A DNA stretch of 64,000 nucleotides from Candidatus Altiarchaeales archaeon. Lineage in GTDB: Archaea; Altiarchaeota; Altiarchaeia; IMC4; SCGC-AAA252-I15. The stretch lies in contig WJMO01000005.1 in NCBI GenBank assembly GCA_014727915.1, positions 416,001 to 480,000 of the forward strand, in the 5' to 3' direction. The translations under genes and the position numbers were made by a program. The notes under the pieces were generated by a model. That model saw only the letters and a program-made list of their open reading frames with translations. It was not told the origin of the DNA and did no database searches. Within the stretch, counting starts at the first letter, position 1; each line of letters begins with the position of its first letter. Below are positions 29,189 to 39,092 of this stretch, piece after piece.

Positions 29189-29746
29189 TTACCCCTGTGC
29201 TTTACCCTTCTTAGGCGCAGTGAACACGATCTTGTATCTTGGATGCTCTGTCGGAGCCTGCTCTACGTCCGTGAAGTGGTCCAATAGTATGAGGCCCTGT
29301 CCTATGCCCCCGATCTTGCCTTCCGATTCGCTCCGTTCGCGTCGGCTCTCCGCTTCCTCCTCCAATGAAGGCCCGCTCAACGGCATCAGCTCCTGCTGTC
29401 TTGCGGCAAGCGATGCTTGGAAGTCGAATCTGACGTCCTGCTCCCACTCGACCTCCGTGCGGGCGCTGTCCTGTGCCACCGTGGTTTTCACCCTGGCCTG
29501 GCAGGGTCTGCAGTGGTTCGCGACGTTAGCCATGAAATCGTCGTATACGAGGAAGATCCCCCAGGTGCTGTCGCCGGTAAGGCCCTTGGTCTTCATCTCC
29601 GCCTCCACCTCCTTCCAGGCCGGCTTCAAAGGTGCCAGCGACCTTTCCCTGCTGCTCTTGTCGGACGGGTCCAGGTCCAGGACGACTTCCCTCGACCACT
29701 CGTCCTCCTTTTGCGGCCCGACTCGTGTGTTTGGCGGCTTGAGCAT
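29189..29746 (-). CDS. Hypothetical protein, degenerate HATPase_c (RsbW-like) fold
   Basis: N-box-like DDFMANVANH and G-box-like GGIGQGLILLDHFTD. Confidence 0.5.
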   Translation of the reverse strand: MLKPPNTRVGPQKEDEWSREVVLDLDPSDKSSRERSLAPLKPAWKEVEAEMKTKGLTGDSTWGIFLVYDDFMANVANHCRPCQARVKTTVAQDSARTEVEWEQDVRFDFQASLAARQQELMPLSGPSLEEEAESRRERSESEGKIGGIGQGLILLDHFTDVEQAPTEHPRYKIVFTAPKKGKAQG

Positions 29747-29837
29747 TTTTGTTTAATATACTCGGATCCTTGAGTTATTAAGCATAAAATAAAATATATT
29801 GTCAATTATTTGTATTTTTTCCAAAATAATTAAAAAA

Positions 29838-30236
29838 ATGGTAAAAATAGTCTTGGATACCAATCTGCTCGTCGCCGGCAGGTGGAACAAGAGGAGCAGC
29901 TCATCGAAGATACTGGAACTCTGCTTAAAGGGCACTCTGACCCCTGTTTACACGTCTGAGATAAAAAAGGAGAACCTCTACATCCTCGGGAAGGTGAAGC
30001 CCCCCAAGGAATACATGGACATGATAGGCAAATTCTACAAGAAAGGGAAGAGAGTGAAGTCCCCCAAGAATCGCATAACCGCTTCGGTGGACAAGAGCGA
30101 CAACCGTTTCCTGGAAGCCGCCGTGTCCGGGAGGGCAGATTATGTCATATCCAACGACCATCACCTCCTGGACCTCAAAGAATACGATGGCATACGAATA
30201 CTGCGCCCAGCCGCGTTCATGAGGATGTTCCCATGA
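29838..30236 (+). CDS. PIN-domain protein (putative toxin, TIGR00305-like)
   Basis: IVLDTNLLV, D.SDNRFLEAA...ADYVISND.HLL.L. Confidence 0.88.
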   Translation: MVKIVLDTNLLVAGRWNKRSSSSKILELCLKGTLTPVYTSEIKKENLYILGKVKPPKEYMDMIGKFYKKGKRVKSPKNRITASVDKSDNRFLEAAVSGRADYVISNDHHLLDLKEYDGIRILRPAAFMRMFP

Positions 30237-30598
30237 GACATGCGATACTCATGGCCCTGATGCTGGTGTTAGGATGCATTGGGGGCGAGGAATGCGAGGA
30301 AACCGGGTGCCCGGTCGACCTGCCCGATAAGCCATCTCCCATATTAGAGTGCAGAAGCCTCTGCAGGGACAGCGGATACGACAATGTGACAGTCGTGGGA
30401 GACGCCGGCTGCACCCATCTAAAGGGGGAAATCAGGGACTGCACCTTGGAATGCTCCTACAGGAAGATCCTCGAATCCTCTGAGGAGGGTATGATCTGCT
30501 GTTGCAGGACAGTGAAGTACGTTGAAGGCGTAGGCTGTGATGGAACAGACAACAGCAGCTACTCTAGAATATGCGGTGAAAACAAACCTGGGGGATAG
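30233..30598 (+). CDS. Cys-rich putative lipoprotein
   Basis: LVLGC lipobox; many Cys residues including CCC. Confidence 0.7.
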   Translation: MRHAILMALMLVLGCIGGEECEETGCPVDLPDKPSPILECRSLCRDSGYDNVTVVGDAGCTHLKGEIRDCTLECSYRKILESSEEGMICCCRTVKYVEGVGCDGTDNSSYSRICGENKPGG

Positions 30599-30608
30599 GC
30601 TTATCCTG

Positions 30609-30872
30609 TCAGTTGCTGACCAGGCCTATCCTCTCCAAGGAACTGATTATCTCCACAACATTCGCGTCCTTCTTCCCGTTCACCAAGCCCAGCTTGTCCT
30701 CGAACTTGTTCTGAATCTCTTCCATGCTGTTAGCCCCATTGCAGAGCTTCCAGACGATGAAGACCTTGGGGTCGACAATGTACGTTTTCTCATTGTCGTT
30801 CTTCAAAACAGGCTTAAGTCCGCACGAGTACGTTGTGGAACCCTTTGCTTGCGGATACATCACATTTACCAC
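30609..30872 (-). CDS. PqqD/RRE-like small protein
   Basis: Y.VD....VWKLCNG..SMEEI...........V.EII.SL.RIGLV, the winged-helix RRE pattern. Confidence 0.7.
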   Translation of the reverse strand: MVNVMYPQAKGSTTYSCGLKPVLKNDNEKTYIVDPKVFIVWKLCNGANSMEEIQNKFEDKLGLVNGKKDANVVEIISSLERIGLVSN

Positions 30873-31060
30873 CCCACATTAGGTTAAGGAGTTAGCGCCA
30901 ACCTCACCAGGCTACCTCCCTCAGAATAGATTAGATATGGAAGTATATAAACCACCTGAAAGCGGTTAAAACATGCTTCATACTCCATTCTAAGAGCGGA
31001 TTATGGTGTCATACACCCTATTACCGTATGGTCTGCCATTTATTTGTCTGAACTAAATAT

Positions 31061-33529
31061 TTGGCTATGCCCAAACCCAGATCCGGGATCATGGAGTGCC
31101 GGTTGGCACGCCTTTTCATCATATCACTGGCTGCATCTCTGCTGCTTGACATGTCATTCTTCCTTGTTCACGGGTCTCACGCAGTAAACCATGCCGAGCT
31201 TTGGACTTATGTAGGCGTTGCCGAGGGCAATCTAACCACTGCAGTCGGTAGCTCGGACCCGACGGTATGGCTGCTGCGGGCTGTTGGATTCCTCCTCGAC
31301 GGCGATGCCCTTTTCTACTCGATGGTTGTGCTATCCGCCGCATTAACGTCTTTGACTGCCGTGCTGGTGTGCCTTCTCGTCTCAAGGCTGGCGGACGACC
31401 GGGCCGGGGCCTACGCAGGCTACATCTACGCGTTCATGGTGCAGCCCCTCTCCCTGACAGCCGTCGGGTTCACACACGACCACATACTGACTCCCCTATC
31501 CCTCGCGGCATTGGTTCTAGCGGTCGAAGCCGTTAAAAACGCCGAAAGAAGGAGGAAGATGGCTTTTACAGCCTCTGCGGTGGTGTTGTTCTATCTTGGT
31601 TCAAGGGTCAACATCGGAGCATATGTCGCGGTAGCGGTAGCGGTAGTATACGCCCTATCTCAGGCGGTTGTGAAGAGGAAGGATATCATACCGCTCTACG
31701 CCATCGCATTGTTAACCTCGATCTATCTGTTCGGCACCTGCGTGGTGCCTGGCTTCATGGACTACGAGCTTGGGCGGCTTCCACAGGGCCGCCTCGGCAG
31801 CGCGGACATCAACCCGGTCACCGTAGGCAACCTGGCACTCCGATACAACCTGCTCCTGCTGGTCCTGCCTTTCGGCGCATACGCAGCCTATAGGAGGCGG
31901 GAGTTTGTCAGCCTGACATACGTGCTATTCGGCTTCATGCTTGCCATGTCCATGGACCGGGGAACTCGCGTCGTCGACTTGGGCATGGCGATGGTCACCG
32001 CATATTTCCTACGGGACTGGAAGCCCAGATGGCGCATGGGATTCACACTATACTCGATCCCCGCGTTGGCTTCAGCGACACTCCTAACACCCCTCCAAAT
32101 GCCCTACAGAGTCATATTAGCAGCTTCTGGTTTGGGGTTCATATTCCTGCACAGGTACCGGAAGGTCAACACCCTCATGATGCTCTCCCTGATATGTCTG
32201 ACCGGATTTTCACTGTCTTTTACGAACATGGCCTTTGAAAACCAGCATGTGATCTCCGAGTCAGAGTACATAGCATACAGCAGAATGGCTTCCCTCCCAG
32301 GTAAAAAGGTGCTCGCATCATGGGATGCGGGCTACATGCTGGAGTACCTGTCAGGTAAGAAGTCCGCTTCCACTCCGGGCCTCATAAGGTACGACCTTCA
32401 CGAAGCCCTTTGGATGGGTGAAAAGCAAGCTAACGCATACCTCTCCGCGTCGGGCGTTGACTATGTGGTGGTTTCGAACGCGCACTATAACATCGTGCAA
32501 GTCGATGGGGCGCCCAACTTCCTGCTAAGGGGAGGCCTCGTATTCAGGCCATTGGATCCTGTAACCGTCGAATTTGCACCCTATCTGGCCATCCACAAAC
32601 TGAGGTATGGCACCGCCGACCCCGAATACTTCAGGTTCCTGGGGGAGTCCGTGGACGAGCGCAGGTCCGAGAAGCACATGGTATATGAGGTGGTGGACCC
32701 TGACACGTCCGGCAGTTACATATCATTCATAGCGTACAACAACGGCGAAGAGAACCGGACCTCCCTTGTCAACGTTTCAGTGTGGGAATACACGGGCCGG
32801 AAGGCCGGGAAGAAGAGGAAGTCGATCATGGAGCTGGCCAACCCCCTCCCATACATCGAATGCCTCAGAGGCAAGTCGTTGAGGGTGCTGGCGTTGTATC
32901 TGCTGTTGCTGTTCGCATATCCGTTCAACGGCAGGAAAGCGGGGTTTGAACGTTACATTGTAAGGAACCGGCGCCTGATCGCAGTGGTTCTCCTAGCCGT
33001 TCTACTTATGGTCTACCTCATCCCGGGGGATGGTGCGACGGGAGAGGTTCCCATGCCCGGCCAGGAGGCAGAACCTCCCGAATACGCGCATAAGACCTTT
33101 GAGGTGTTCTTCGAGGCCGGAGCCCTGGCAGAGCACAGCCTGGACGTGGGAGACCTAGGCAGGGTGAGGGACTGCGAGGTGGGGGTCGTCGGCGGACAGA
33201 ACGGTGTCGTCGGCCACACCACCTTCCGGAACATATGCCCCTCCTTTGATGATGTGCTCAAGGTGCTCTTGGTGGACGCGAACTCGACCGAACTCTACGG
33301 CGAGGTTGCTGTGGTGGACTCCATGGAGCTCAGGCTTACCATGGGGGAGGGTGAGGAGAAGCGCGTCGACTACGTTTTGGAACGTGCGACTCCCAACCAT
33401 GACTACAAGATAGGCTACTGGAAGAGCAGCTGCCTGCAGGTGGTTCCCGAGAAGACAGAGGGCCCGGACATGGAAGGCATCGAAATATTCCATGTCTCAT
33501 GCGGCAGGTACAGGGAGGACCTCGGCTAG
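31061..33529 (+). CDS. STT3/AglB-like GT-C membrane protein
   Basis: Many TM helices, GFTHDH, and KVLASWDAGYML resembling the WWDxG motif. Confidence 0.6.
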   Translation: MAMPKPRSGIMECRLARLFIISLAASLLLDMSFFLVHGSHAVNHAELWTYVGVAEGNLTTAVGSSDPTVWLLRAVGFLLDGDALFYSMVVLSAALTSLTAVLVCLLVSRLADDRAGAYAGYIYAFMVQPLSLTAVGFTHDHILTPLSLAALVLAVEAVKNAERRRKMAFTASAVVLFYLGSRVNIGAYVAVAVAVVYALSQAVVKRKDIIPLYAIALLTSIYLFGTCVVPGFMDYELGRLPQGRLGSADINPVTVGNLALRYNLLLLVLPFGAYAAYRRREFVSLTYVLFGFMLAMSMDRGTRVVDLGMAMVTAYFLRDWKPRWRMGFTLYSIPALASATLLTPLQMPYRVILAASGLGFIFLHRYRKVNTLMMLSLICLTGFSLSFTNMAFENQHVISESEYIAYSRMASLPGKKVLASWDAGYMLEYLSGKKSASTPGLIRYDLHEALWMGEKQANAYLSASGVDYVVVSNAHYNIVQVDGAPNFLLRGGLVFRPLDPVTVEFAPYLAIHKLRYGTADPEYFRFLGESVDERRSEKHMVYEVVDPDTSGSYISFIAYNNGEENRTSLVNVSVWEYTGRKAGKKRKSIMELANPLPYIECLRGKSLRVLALYLLLLFAYPFNGRKAGFERYIVRNRRLIAVVLLAVLLMVYLIPGDGATGEVPMPGQEAEPPEYAHKTFEVFFEAGALAEHSLDVGDLGRVRDCEVGVVGGQNGVVGHTTFRNICPSFDDVLKVLLVDANSTELYGEVAVVDSMELRLTMGEGEEKRVDYVLERATPNHDYKIGYWKSSCLQVVPEKTEGPDMEGIEIFHVSCGRYREDLG

Positions 33530-34173
33530 TCAAGGGCTATGCGGTCTAATGTCTCGAACACCTTGTCTGCGCCGGCTTCCCTGAGCTCCTCCGCGGACGA
33601 GCATCCAGTCAGAACCGCGTATGCTGTCATGCCCGCGGACTTGGCGGCCTTCAAACCGTGCACGCTGTCCTCCACCACGATGCACTCCCCTGGCTCGGCA
33701 TCCAGCAGGGACGCGGCCTTGAGGAACATCCCAGGGTCTGGCTTGCCCCTTTCCACATCGTCCAAGCCAACCACAGCGTCGAAGTAGCTGTTAAGGCCTG
33801 CGGACTCCAACGTGGCCTCTATGTTCTCACGGGTCGTGTTGGAGGCGACGGCCGCCCTCACACCCGCCTTCTCCAAGCCTTCAAGAAGTACTACAGCCCC
33901 GGGCAACACCTTTGTCATGGGCAAATGCCGCTCCCTGAACAGCCTCTGCTTGTATTCCACCAGTGGCGTCAGGTCGCCCTCGTACTCCATCCCCCTGTGT
34001 CTGAGGAAGTCCTTGAATATCTCCTCCATGCTCATCCCGAACAATCCCCTGAACTCATCACGGGTGACAGATGCTCCGATCTTATCTCGGAACATGTCTT
34101 CCCACGCCCTGAAGTGGGCTTCGAAGGAATCCACCAATGTACCGTCCATGTCGAAGATAAAGGCCGAGCTCAT
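33526..34173 (-). CDS. HAD family phosphatase
   Basis: IFDMDGTLVDS, GKPDPGMF, VEDSVHG. Confidence 0.9.
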   Translation of the reverse strand: MSSAFIFDMDGTLVDSFEAHFRAWEDMFRDKIGASVTRDEFRGLFGMSMEEIFKDFLRHRGMEYEGDLTPLVEYKQRLFRERHLPMTKVLPGAVVLLEGLEKAGVRAAVASNTTRENIEATLESAGLNSYFDAVVGLDDVERGKPDPGMFLKAASLLDAEPGECIVVEDSVHGLKAAKSAGMTAYAVLTGCSSAEELREAGADKVFETLDRIALD

Positions 34174-34205
34174 CTTTTAAACATATGTGTCTAGAATTTG
34201 ACATC

Positions 34206-34898
34206 ATGCGTAAAAAAACATTGGCTGCGCTGACGGTCATGCTCGCGCTCTCGTCAGCAGTGTCAGCCGCCTCATGCTCTATGCAGGCCTACAAGAGCGC
34301 ATGCCAATGCCCATTCAACGGGGGAAAGGTGGATGAGGCCTGCAAGGAGAAGCGCAAGGACGCCGGCATACAGTGCATACTGAAGGCCCACCCGTCGCTT
34401 GGAGCAAGCAAGGTCGGGGGTATTCTCGGCGACATGCTGGGCACGGACCTGGGAGGGATACTTGGCGGATGTCCGGCTGTGGACCGGTGCAAGGCCACCC
34501 TCGAAATGTGCGTTGCAGAGACGGGCAGATGCCCTGGGAACGACCTGAACGACTGCCAGAGCGCCTACTGTGCGAGCTGCTACGCTGAAGCCGACGCATG
34601 CGTAGCCTACGCGGCCAAGAACTGCAAGAAGGAGGCGGAGTGCGGCGACGGGAACTGCGACATGGGCGAGAGAGAATCCTACCTCAACTGCTGCAAGGAC
34701 TGCAGATGCCCCGAGGGACAGTCGTGCGTCAACGACAGGTGCGCCGATGACGAGGAAGAGGGGGGCATGTCAACATCCACGACCCTACCCTACTATACGT
34801 CACCCTCTGACGCGGGCTTTGACATATTCTGCTTCCCGTTCCTGATAGTCCCCTTGACTTCGCTCTTGGCGGCGTTGGCCAGGGCCCTCCCAGTTTAG
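34206..34898 (+). CDS. Secreted Cys-rich protein with C-terminal anchor
   Basis: Signal peptide; CGDGNC..E...CC.DC.C motif; hydrophobic C-terminus. Confidence 0.75.
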   Translation: MRKKTLAALTVMLALSSAVSAASCSMQAYKSACQCPFNGGKVDEACKEKRKDAGIQCILKAHPSLGASKVGGILGDMLGTDLGGILGGCPAVDRCKATLEMCVAETGRCPGNDLNDCQSAYCASCYAEADACVAYAAKNCKKEAECGDGNCDMGERESYLNCCKDCRCPEGQSCVNDRCADDEEEGGMSTSTTLPYYTSPSDAGFDIFCFPFLIVPLTSLLAALARALPV

Positions 34899-35683
34899 CC
34901 TATGATGGTGCCTATGCCTTCCTCTCCCATCAAAGCCCTCTTCAGGTAGCCTGGCCTGGCCCCTGATATGACCTCCGACTTAATGCCGTCCTCCGATAGC
35001 GTCAGCAGTTCCCTGACCTTCCTCGCTATGCCTCCCGTGACGTCGGTGCCGTCGGTCTCCCTCTTTTCAAGTTCTGCCATGACATCCCCGTCAACCCTGT
35101 CGTACTTCACCGCGTTCTTGTCATCCGGGCTGCGGTCGTAGATGCCATTATGCGAAGTCGTGATTATCACCCTGTCTGCTCTTAGCCTCCCTGCAAGGTA
35201 TGGGACGAGGTGGTCGCCGCTCAGTATGTTGAATCCGGTCTTGAGGTCGGGCAGCACGTCACCGTATGCCACGGGGGTGAGCCCCAGCCCCAAGAGGAGT
35301 TCCACGGACCTCACAGGATACTCTGCCAGCTTCCTGCCATCAAGTATCCCGCCAGCCGACGGCTGGCATGCGATCGCGTTCACGCCCGAGTCGACGAGGG
35401 CTGACACCACTTTCTCGTTGAGGGCCTCCATGCTCTTATGCGTCAGGGCAAGGCCCCTAACCTGTTTCCTGCTCTGGTAGCCCCTGTCAAGCTGGTATTC
35501 CTTGGCGAGGACGTGCCCGAAGGGTCCTGCGCCGTGGACGACCACCAGGGTCATGCCCCCCTCGTACATGGCCTCGGATATCTCGCATGCCAGCCTCTTA
35601 AGGGTCTCTTCGTCCACTTCCATCTTGTCCTCGCTCTTCCTGGTTATAAGCGACCCTCCCAGCTTCAAGACAGTCAGACTCAT
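34895..35683 (-). CDS. ipk: Isopentenyl phosphate kinase
   Basis: LKLGGSLIT.K, VHGAGPFGH, GDV...ILSGD, DVTGGI..K. Confidence 0.88.
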   Translation of the reverse strand: MSLTVLKLGGSLITRKSEDKMEVDEETLKRLACEISEAMYEGGMTLVVVHGAGPFGHVLAKEYQLDRGYQSRKQVRGLALTHKSMEALNEKVVSALVDSGVNAIACQPSAGGILDGRKLAEYPVRSVELLLGLGLTPVAYGDVLPDLKTGFNILSGDHLVPYLAGRLRADRVIITTSHNGIYDRSPDDKNAVKYDRVDGDVMAELEKRETDGTDVTGGIARKVRELLTLSEDGIKSEVISGARPGYLKRALMGEEGIGTIIG

Positions 35684-36801
35684 CTTTTTATCAGTACTAT
35701 GTTGTCGTTGTTTATGACCTCCTTGCAGGCTTTCCTCTTGAGGATCTTCACTATCTCGCTGCACTGCCTTCCCCTGATCTTCGCCAGGTCGTCGGAGCTG
35801 AAGTTGCTTATCCCCCGCGCGAACTCCCTGCCCCTCCCGTCGACCACTGCCACCAGGTCTCCCCTGTCGAAGATGCCCTTCACCTTCGTGATCCCGGAGG
35901 GTAGGAGGCTTGCCTTGCCCTTGGACAGGACTCTCACCGCGCCTTCATCCACCACTATGAATCCCTTCGCGGCAGAGGAGAAGAGTATCCACTGCTGCTT
36001 GTTCTCCATCCTCTTGTCAGGTATGAATACGGTGCCCACAGGTTCTCCATTTATCAGCCTTGACAGGACGTCCTTCATTCCGGAATCCACTATGGCCATG
36101 GCTATCCCGCAGTCCATCATTATCTTCCCGGCCTGTATCTTGGACTGTATGCCGCCGACGCCGCCGAGCCTGGACTTCCCCTTGATGGACTTGATGTCCC
36201 CCGTCATCTTGTCCACGACGTCTATCTTTATGGCGTTCCTGTCCCTCACGGGGTCTCTAGTGTATAGTCCGTCCATGCTGGACATGAGTATGAGCAGGTC
36301 TGCGTTCAGGTTCGACGCCACCAGCGCGGAGAGCGTGTCGTTGTCGCCGACTTTGATCTCCTCGACTCCCACGCTGTCGTTCTCGTTGATTATGGGTGTG
36401 GTTCCCTGTTTCAATAGCGTGTTCACCGTGTTCCTTATGTTCAAATACCTGGACCGGCTGCAGAAGTCGTCTCTTGTGAGCAGTATCTGCGCGACGTTAA
36501 CCCCCTGTCGGTTGAACGCTTTTCCATATGCTTTCATCAGCTCGTTCTGCCCTACGGCGGCTGTGGCCTGGAGCATGTGCAGGTCCCTGGGCCTCTGTTC
36601 CAAACCCATCTTCCTGATGCCGGCGGCGATGGCCCCGGAGGAGACTATTATGACCTCCCGCCCGTCTTTCTTCAAGCCCATGATCTCCCGGACTATTTTG
36701 CCTACCTTACGGTCGCTCAACACCAGGTCGTCTGTTATGCTTGCCGTCCCCACCTTGACGACTATCCTCCCGGCCTTAGATAGTGTTTTGCGCCGTTCCA
36801 T
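35680..36801 (-). CDS. proB: Glutamate 5-kinase with PUA domain
   Basis: RIVVKVGT, VSSGAI, QATAAVGQ, PIINEND, GDNDTLSA, C-terminal PUA domain. Confidence 0.95.
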   Translation of the reverse strand: MERRKTLSKAGRIVVKVGTASITDDLVLSDRKVGKIVREIMGLKKDGREVIIVSSGAIAAGIRKMGLEQRPRDLHMLQATAAVGQNELMKAYGKAFNRQGVNVAQILLTRDDFCSRSRYLNIRNTVNTLLKQGTTPIINENDSVGVEEIKVGDNDTLSALVASNLNADLLILMSSMDGLYTRDPVRDRNAIKIDVVDKMTGDIKSIKGKSRLGGVGGIQSKIQAGKIMMDCGIAMAIVDSGMKDVLSRLINGEPVGTVFIPDKRMENKQQWILFSSAAKGFIVVDEGAVRVLSKGKASLLPSGITKVKGIFDRGDLVAVVDGRGREFARGISNFSSDDLAKIRGRQCSEIVKILKRKACKEVINNDNIVLIKR

Positions 36802-36857
36802 GGCAATAAACCATTTAGGTATTCCCTGTTTTAATAACCGGGGGCTAATATGGTAGC

Positions 36858-37442
36858 ATGGTCGATATGGTCGGTTTTGCCATTCCAGTGATCCTCCTCT
36901 CGATAGCAATATTCGCCGTCCTGGTGGTTTTGAACGCATTCTTCAAGCTGGCCATGTTCAACAGGTCCATGAGGTCCCTGGCCAGGGACATGGGGTTGAA
37001 CTACACCCAGACCCTAGTGTTCCGCCCTCCCAAAGTGAACGGCTTCTACAATGGCCGGGACGTGGTCGTGGACACCTTCGAGAAGCCCGGCGGCGGCGAC
37101 CGCATTCGAGTGCGCGTTTTCCACTCCGGCGAACTATCGGACGAGTTCACCGTCGGTTCGAAGGAGTTCTTTGAGGAGGAGAGCAAGGGTGCTGCTATAC
37201 CTCTAGAATCAGATAACACAGGCTTCACCGAGGGGTTCAGGGTTTCCGGCGGCGACAGGAAGCTGGTGAGAAAGTTCCTGGACGCCGACCTCCAGGAGAG
37301 GATTGTGTCTTCAGGCCTGTCCTTCATGGTGGGGAAATACTATGTCCAGCACGTTTCAAAGGATTTGACAGTGGACAAGGACAGGATCGTCAGGGCCCTT
37401 GACCTTCTGGTCGAGGCCGCCTCCCGGGCTGACACCCTGTGA
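36858..37442 (+). CDS. Membrane-anchored hypothetical protein (paralog of 55705-56301)
   Basis: N-terminal TM helix; LA..MGLNY...G.Y.GR...D...DK.RI...D.LV..A shared with 55705-56301. Confidence 0.7.
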   Translation: MVDMVGFAIPVILLSIAIFAVLVVLNAFFKLAMFNRSMRSLARDMGLNYTQTLVFRPPKVNGFYNGRDVVVDTFEKPGGGDRIRVRVFHSGELSDEFTVGSKEFFEEESKGAAIPLESDNTGFTEGFRVSGGDRKLVRKFLDADLQERIVSSGLSFMVGKYYVQHVSKDLTVDKDRIVRALDLLVEAASRADTL

Positions 37443-37446
37443 CGCC

Positions 37447-38172
37447 TCACATCCTTTTTTCGTCTACGAAGTCTCCGAATATGGTCTGGTGGGGCTGCAA
37501 TGTTATCCCCTTTTCCAGCACGTAGGGCACGAGGTTCGTCATGTGCCTGGCGCCCCTCATCTTCAGTATCTCCAGGGCTCTGACGCGCGTCTTGCCCCTG
37601 CGCAGGTTGTACAAGAGTATGACCCCGTCTACGATGGATTCCATGTTCCCGTGGTTGGACGCCGAATGCACGTCAACCGCCTTCTCATAGACCATCAGCG
37701 ATGTGCACCCGCTCTTCCTGAGCCATGTTATCAGCTTCAAGACGCCCTGCCGCTGCTCGAACTCGCTCTCTATCATCATCTCTATGCTGGTGACCGAGTC
37801 TATGACCACCCTGTCAGCGCCGAGCTCGTTTATGGCGTCCTCTATCCTGCCGTATTCTCCCCTGAGTATGTGCATTACGTCCTGCGGCTCTATGGCGAGT
37901 ATCCTGATCTTGTTCTCGTCCTCCATCTTTTTGATGTCCCACCCGTGGCCTTTCATGTTCTCCCTTATCTCTTCCGCGCCCTCCTCGAAAGTGACATACA
38001 CTCCTGGATGGCCCATCTTCGCCCCGTTGTAGATGAACTGCATGGCCATGGTGGATTTCCCTGACCCGCAACCGCCGACTATCAGGACGTTCGTGTTCTT
38101 CTTGAAACCTCCTTCGAGCATCTCGTCCAATCCTGGTATCCCCGTGGGGACCTTCTCCTTCATAACGCCCAC
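37447..38172 (-). CDS. KaiC/RAD55-like RecA-superfamily ATPase
   Basis: TGIPGLD, Walker A GGCGSGKS, RVVIDS, LEILKMRG. Confidence 0.9.
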   Translation of the reverse strand: MGVMKEKVPTGIPGLDEMLEGGFKKNTNVLIVGGCGSGKSTMAMQFIYNGAKMGHPGVYVTFEEGAEEIRENMKGHGWDIKKMEDENKIRILAIEPQDVMHILRGEYGRIEDAINELGADRVVIDSVTSIEMMIESEFEQRQGVLKLITWLRKSGCTSLMVYEKAVDVHSASNHGNMESIVDGVILLYNLRRGKTRVRALEILKMRGARHMTNLVPYVLEKGITLQPHQTIFGDFVDEKRM

Positions 38173-38225
38173 CTCATTTTGCAGATATATTTAACCCAAT
38201 TACTAATACCCTTACAGTCTTTAAA

Positions 38226-39092
38226 ATGGAGATGCTTGTTTTCGGGGGGACGAGGTCCTCTGGCATCGCCTGGTCGGTGGCCAAGGCGCTGAAGTCCGAG
38301 GTTGGTAAGTCTGAGGTGAAGACCTTCCCAGACGGGGAAAAATACGTGAAACTGCTCTCTAAGGCTGAGGGCCGTGAGTGCGCGGTCGTCCAGTCCGTCA
38401 GGTCCAACGACGATTTCATGGAGTTGCTGCTCATGCTGGACGCCCTGCGGGACATGGGCGCCGTCCAAGTGCATGCGATAATGCCCTACATGGCCTATAT
38501 GCGGCAGGACAAGAGGTTCACAGAGGGGGAGGCGCTGAGCGCGAAGACATTGCTTAAGGTGTTGGACGAGTTCGCGGACTCGCTGACGATGATAAACTGC
38601 CATTTCCTCAGCGAGGGCGGGGAGTCCTTCTACAAACACGTGCGTTTCATGAACTTGGACGCCGTGCCCCTGCTGGTCAAGTACTTCAGGTCCAAGGTGA
38701 AGAACCCGATCGTGGTCGCGCCCGACAAGGGGTCGATGGGGTATGCGAAGGCTGCTGCGGAGATACTCGACTGCGACTTCAACCACCTTTCCAAGAAGCG
38801 GATATCCGGGAGCGAGGTAGTCATCAAGTCCAAGGACCTGGATGTGAAGGGGAAGGACGTCATAATATTGGATGATATCATAAGCACCGGCGGAACCATA
38901 GTAGAGTCTGTGAAGGTCATACGAGGCTGGAAGCCGGCTTCCATCAATGTGGGCTGCGTGCACGGCCTCTTCCTCAAGGGCATAGAGTCTTTCACAGGCG
39001 TCGTGGACCGTCTGGTTTCAACTGACACGTTGGACAACCCGGTGGCCAAGGTCAACGTGGCAGACCTGATTGCCGAAGACCTTAAGAGATGA
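38226..39092 (+). CDS. prs: Ribose-phosphate pyrophosphokinase
   Basis: FPDGEKYV, PYMAYMRQDKRF, VAPDKG, ILDDIISTGGT. Confidence 0.93.
   Translation: MEMLVFGGTRSSGIAWSVAKALKSEVGKSEVKTFPDGEKYVKLLSKAEGRECAVVQSVRSNDDFMELLLMLDALRDMGAVQVHAIMPYMAYMRQDKRFTEGEALSAKTLLKVLDEFADSLTMINCHFLSEGGESFYKHVRFMNLDAVPLLVKYFRSKVKNPIVVAPDKGSMGYAKAAAEILDCDFNHLSKKRISGSEVVIKSKDLDVKGKDVIILDDIISTGGTIVESVKVIRGWKPASINVGCVHGLFLKGIESFTGVVDRLVSTDTLDNPVAKVNVADLIAEDLKR

Noticed and set aside
29838-30236. PIN gene as half of a toxin-antitoxin pair
   Set aside because: No co-oriented antitoxin ORF upstream; the downstream gene is a lipoprotein
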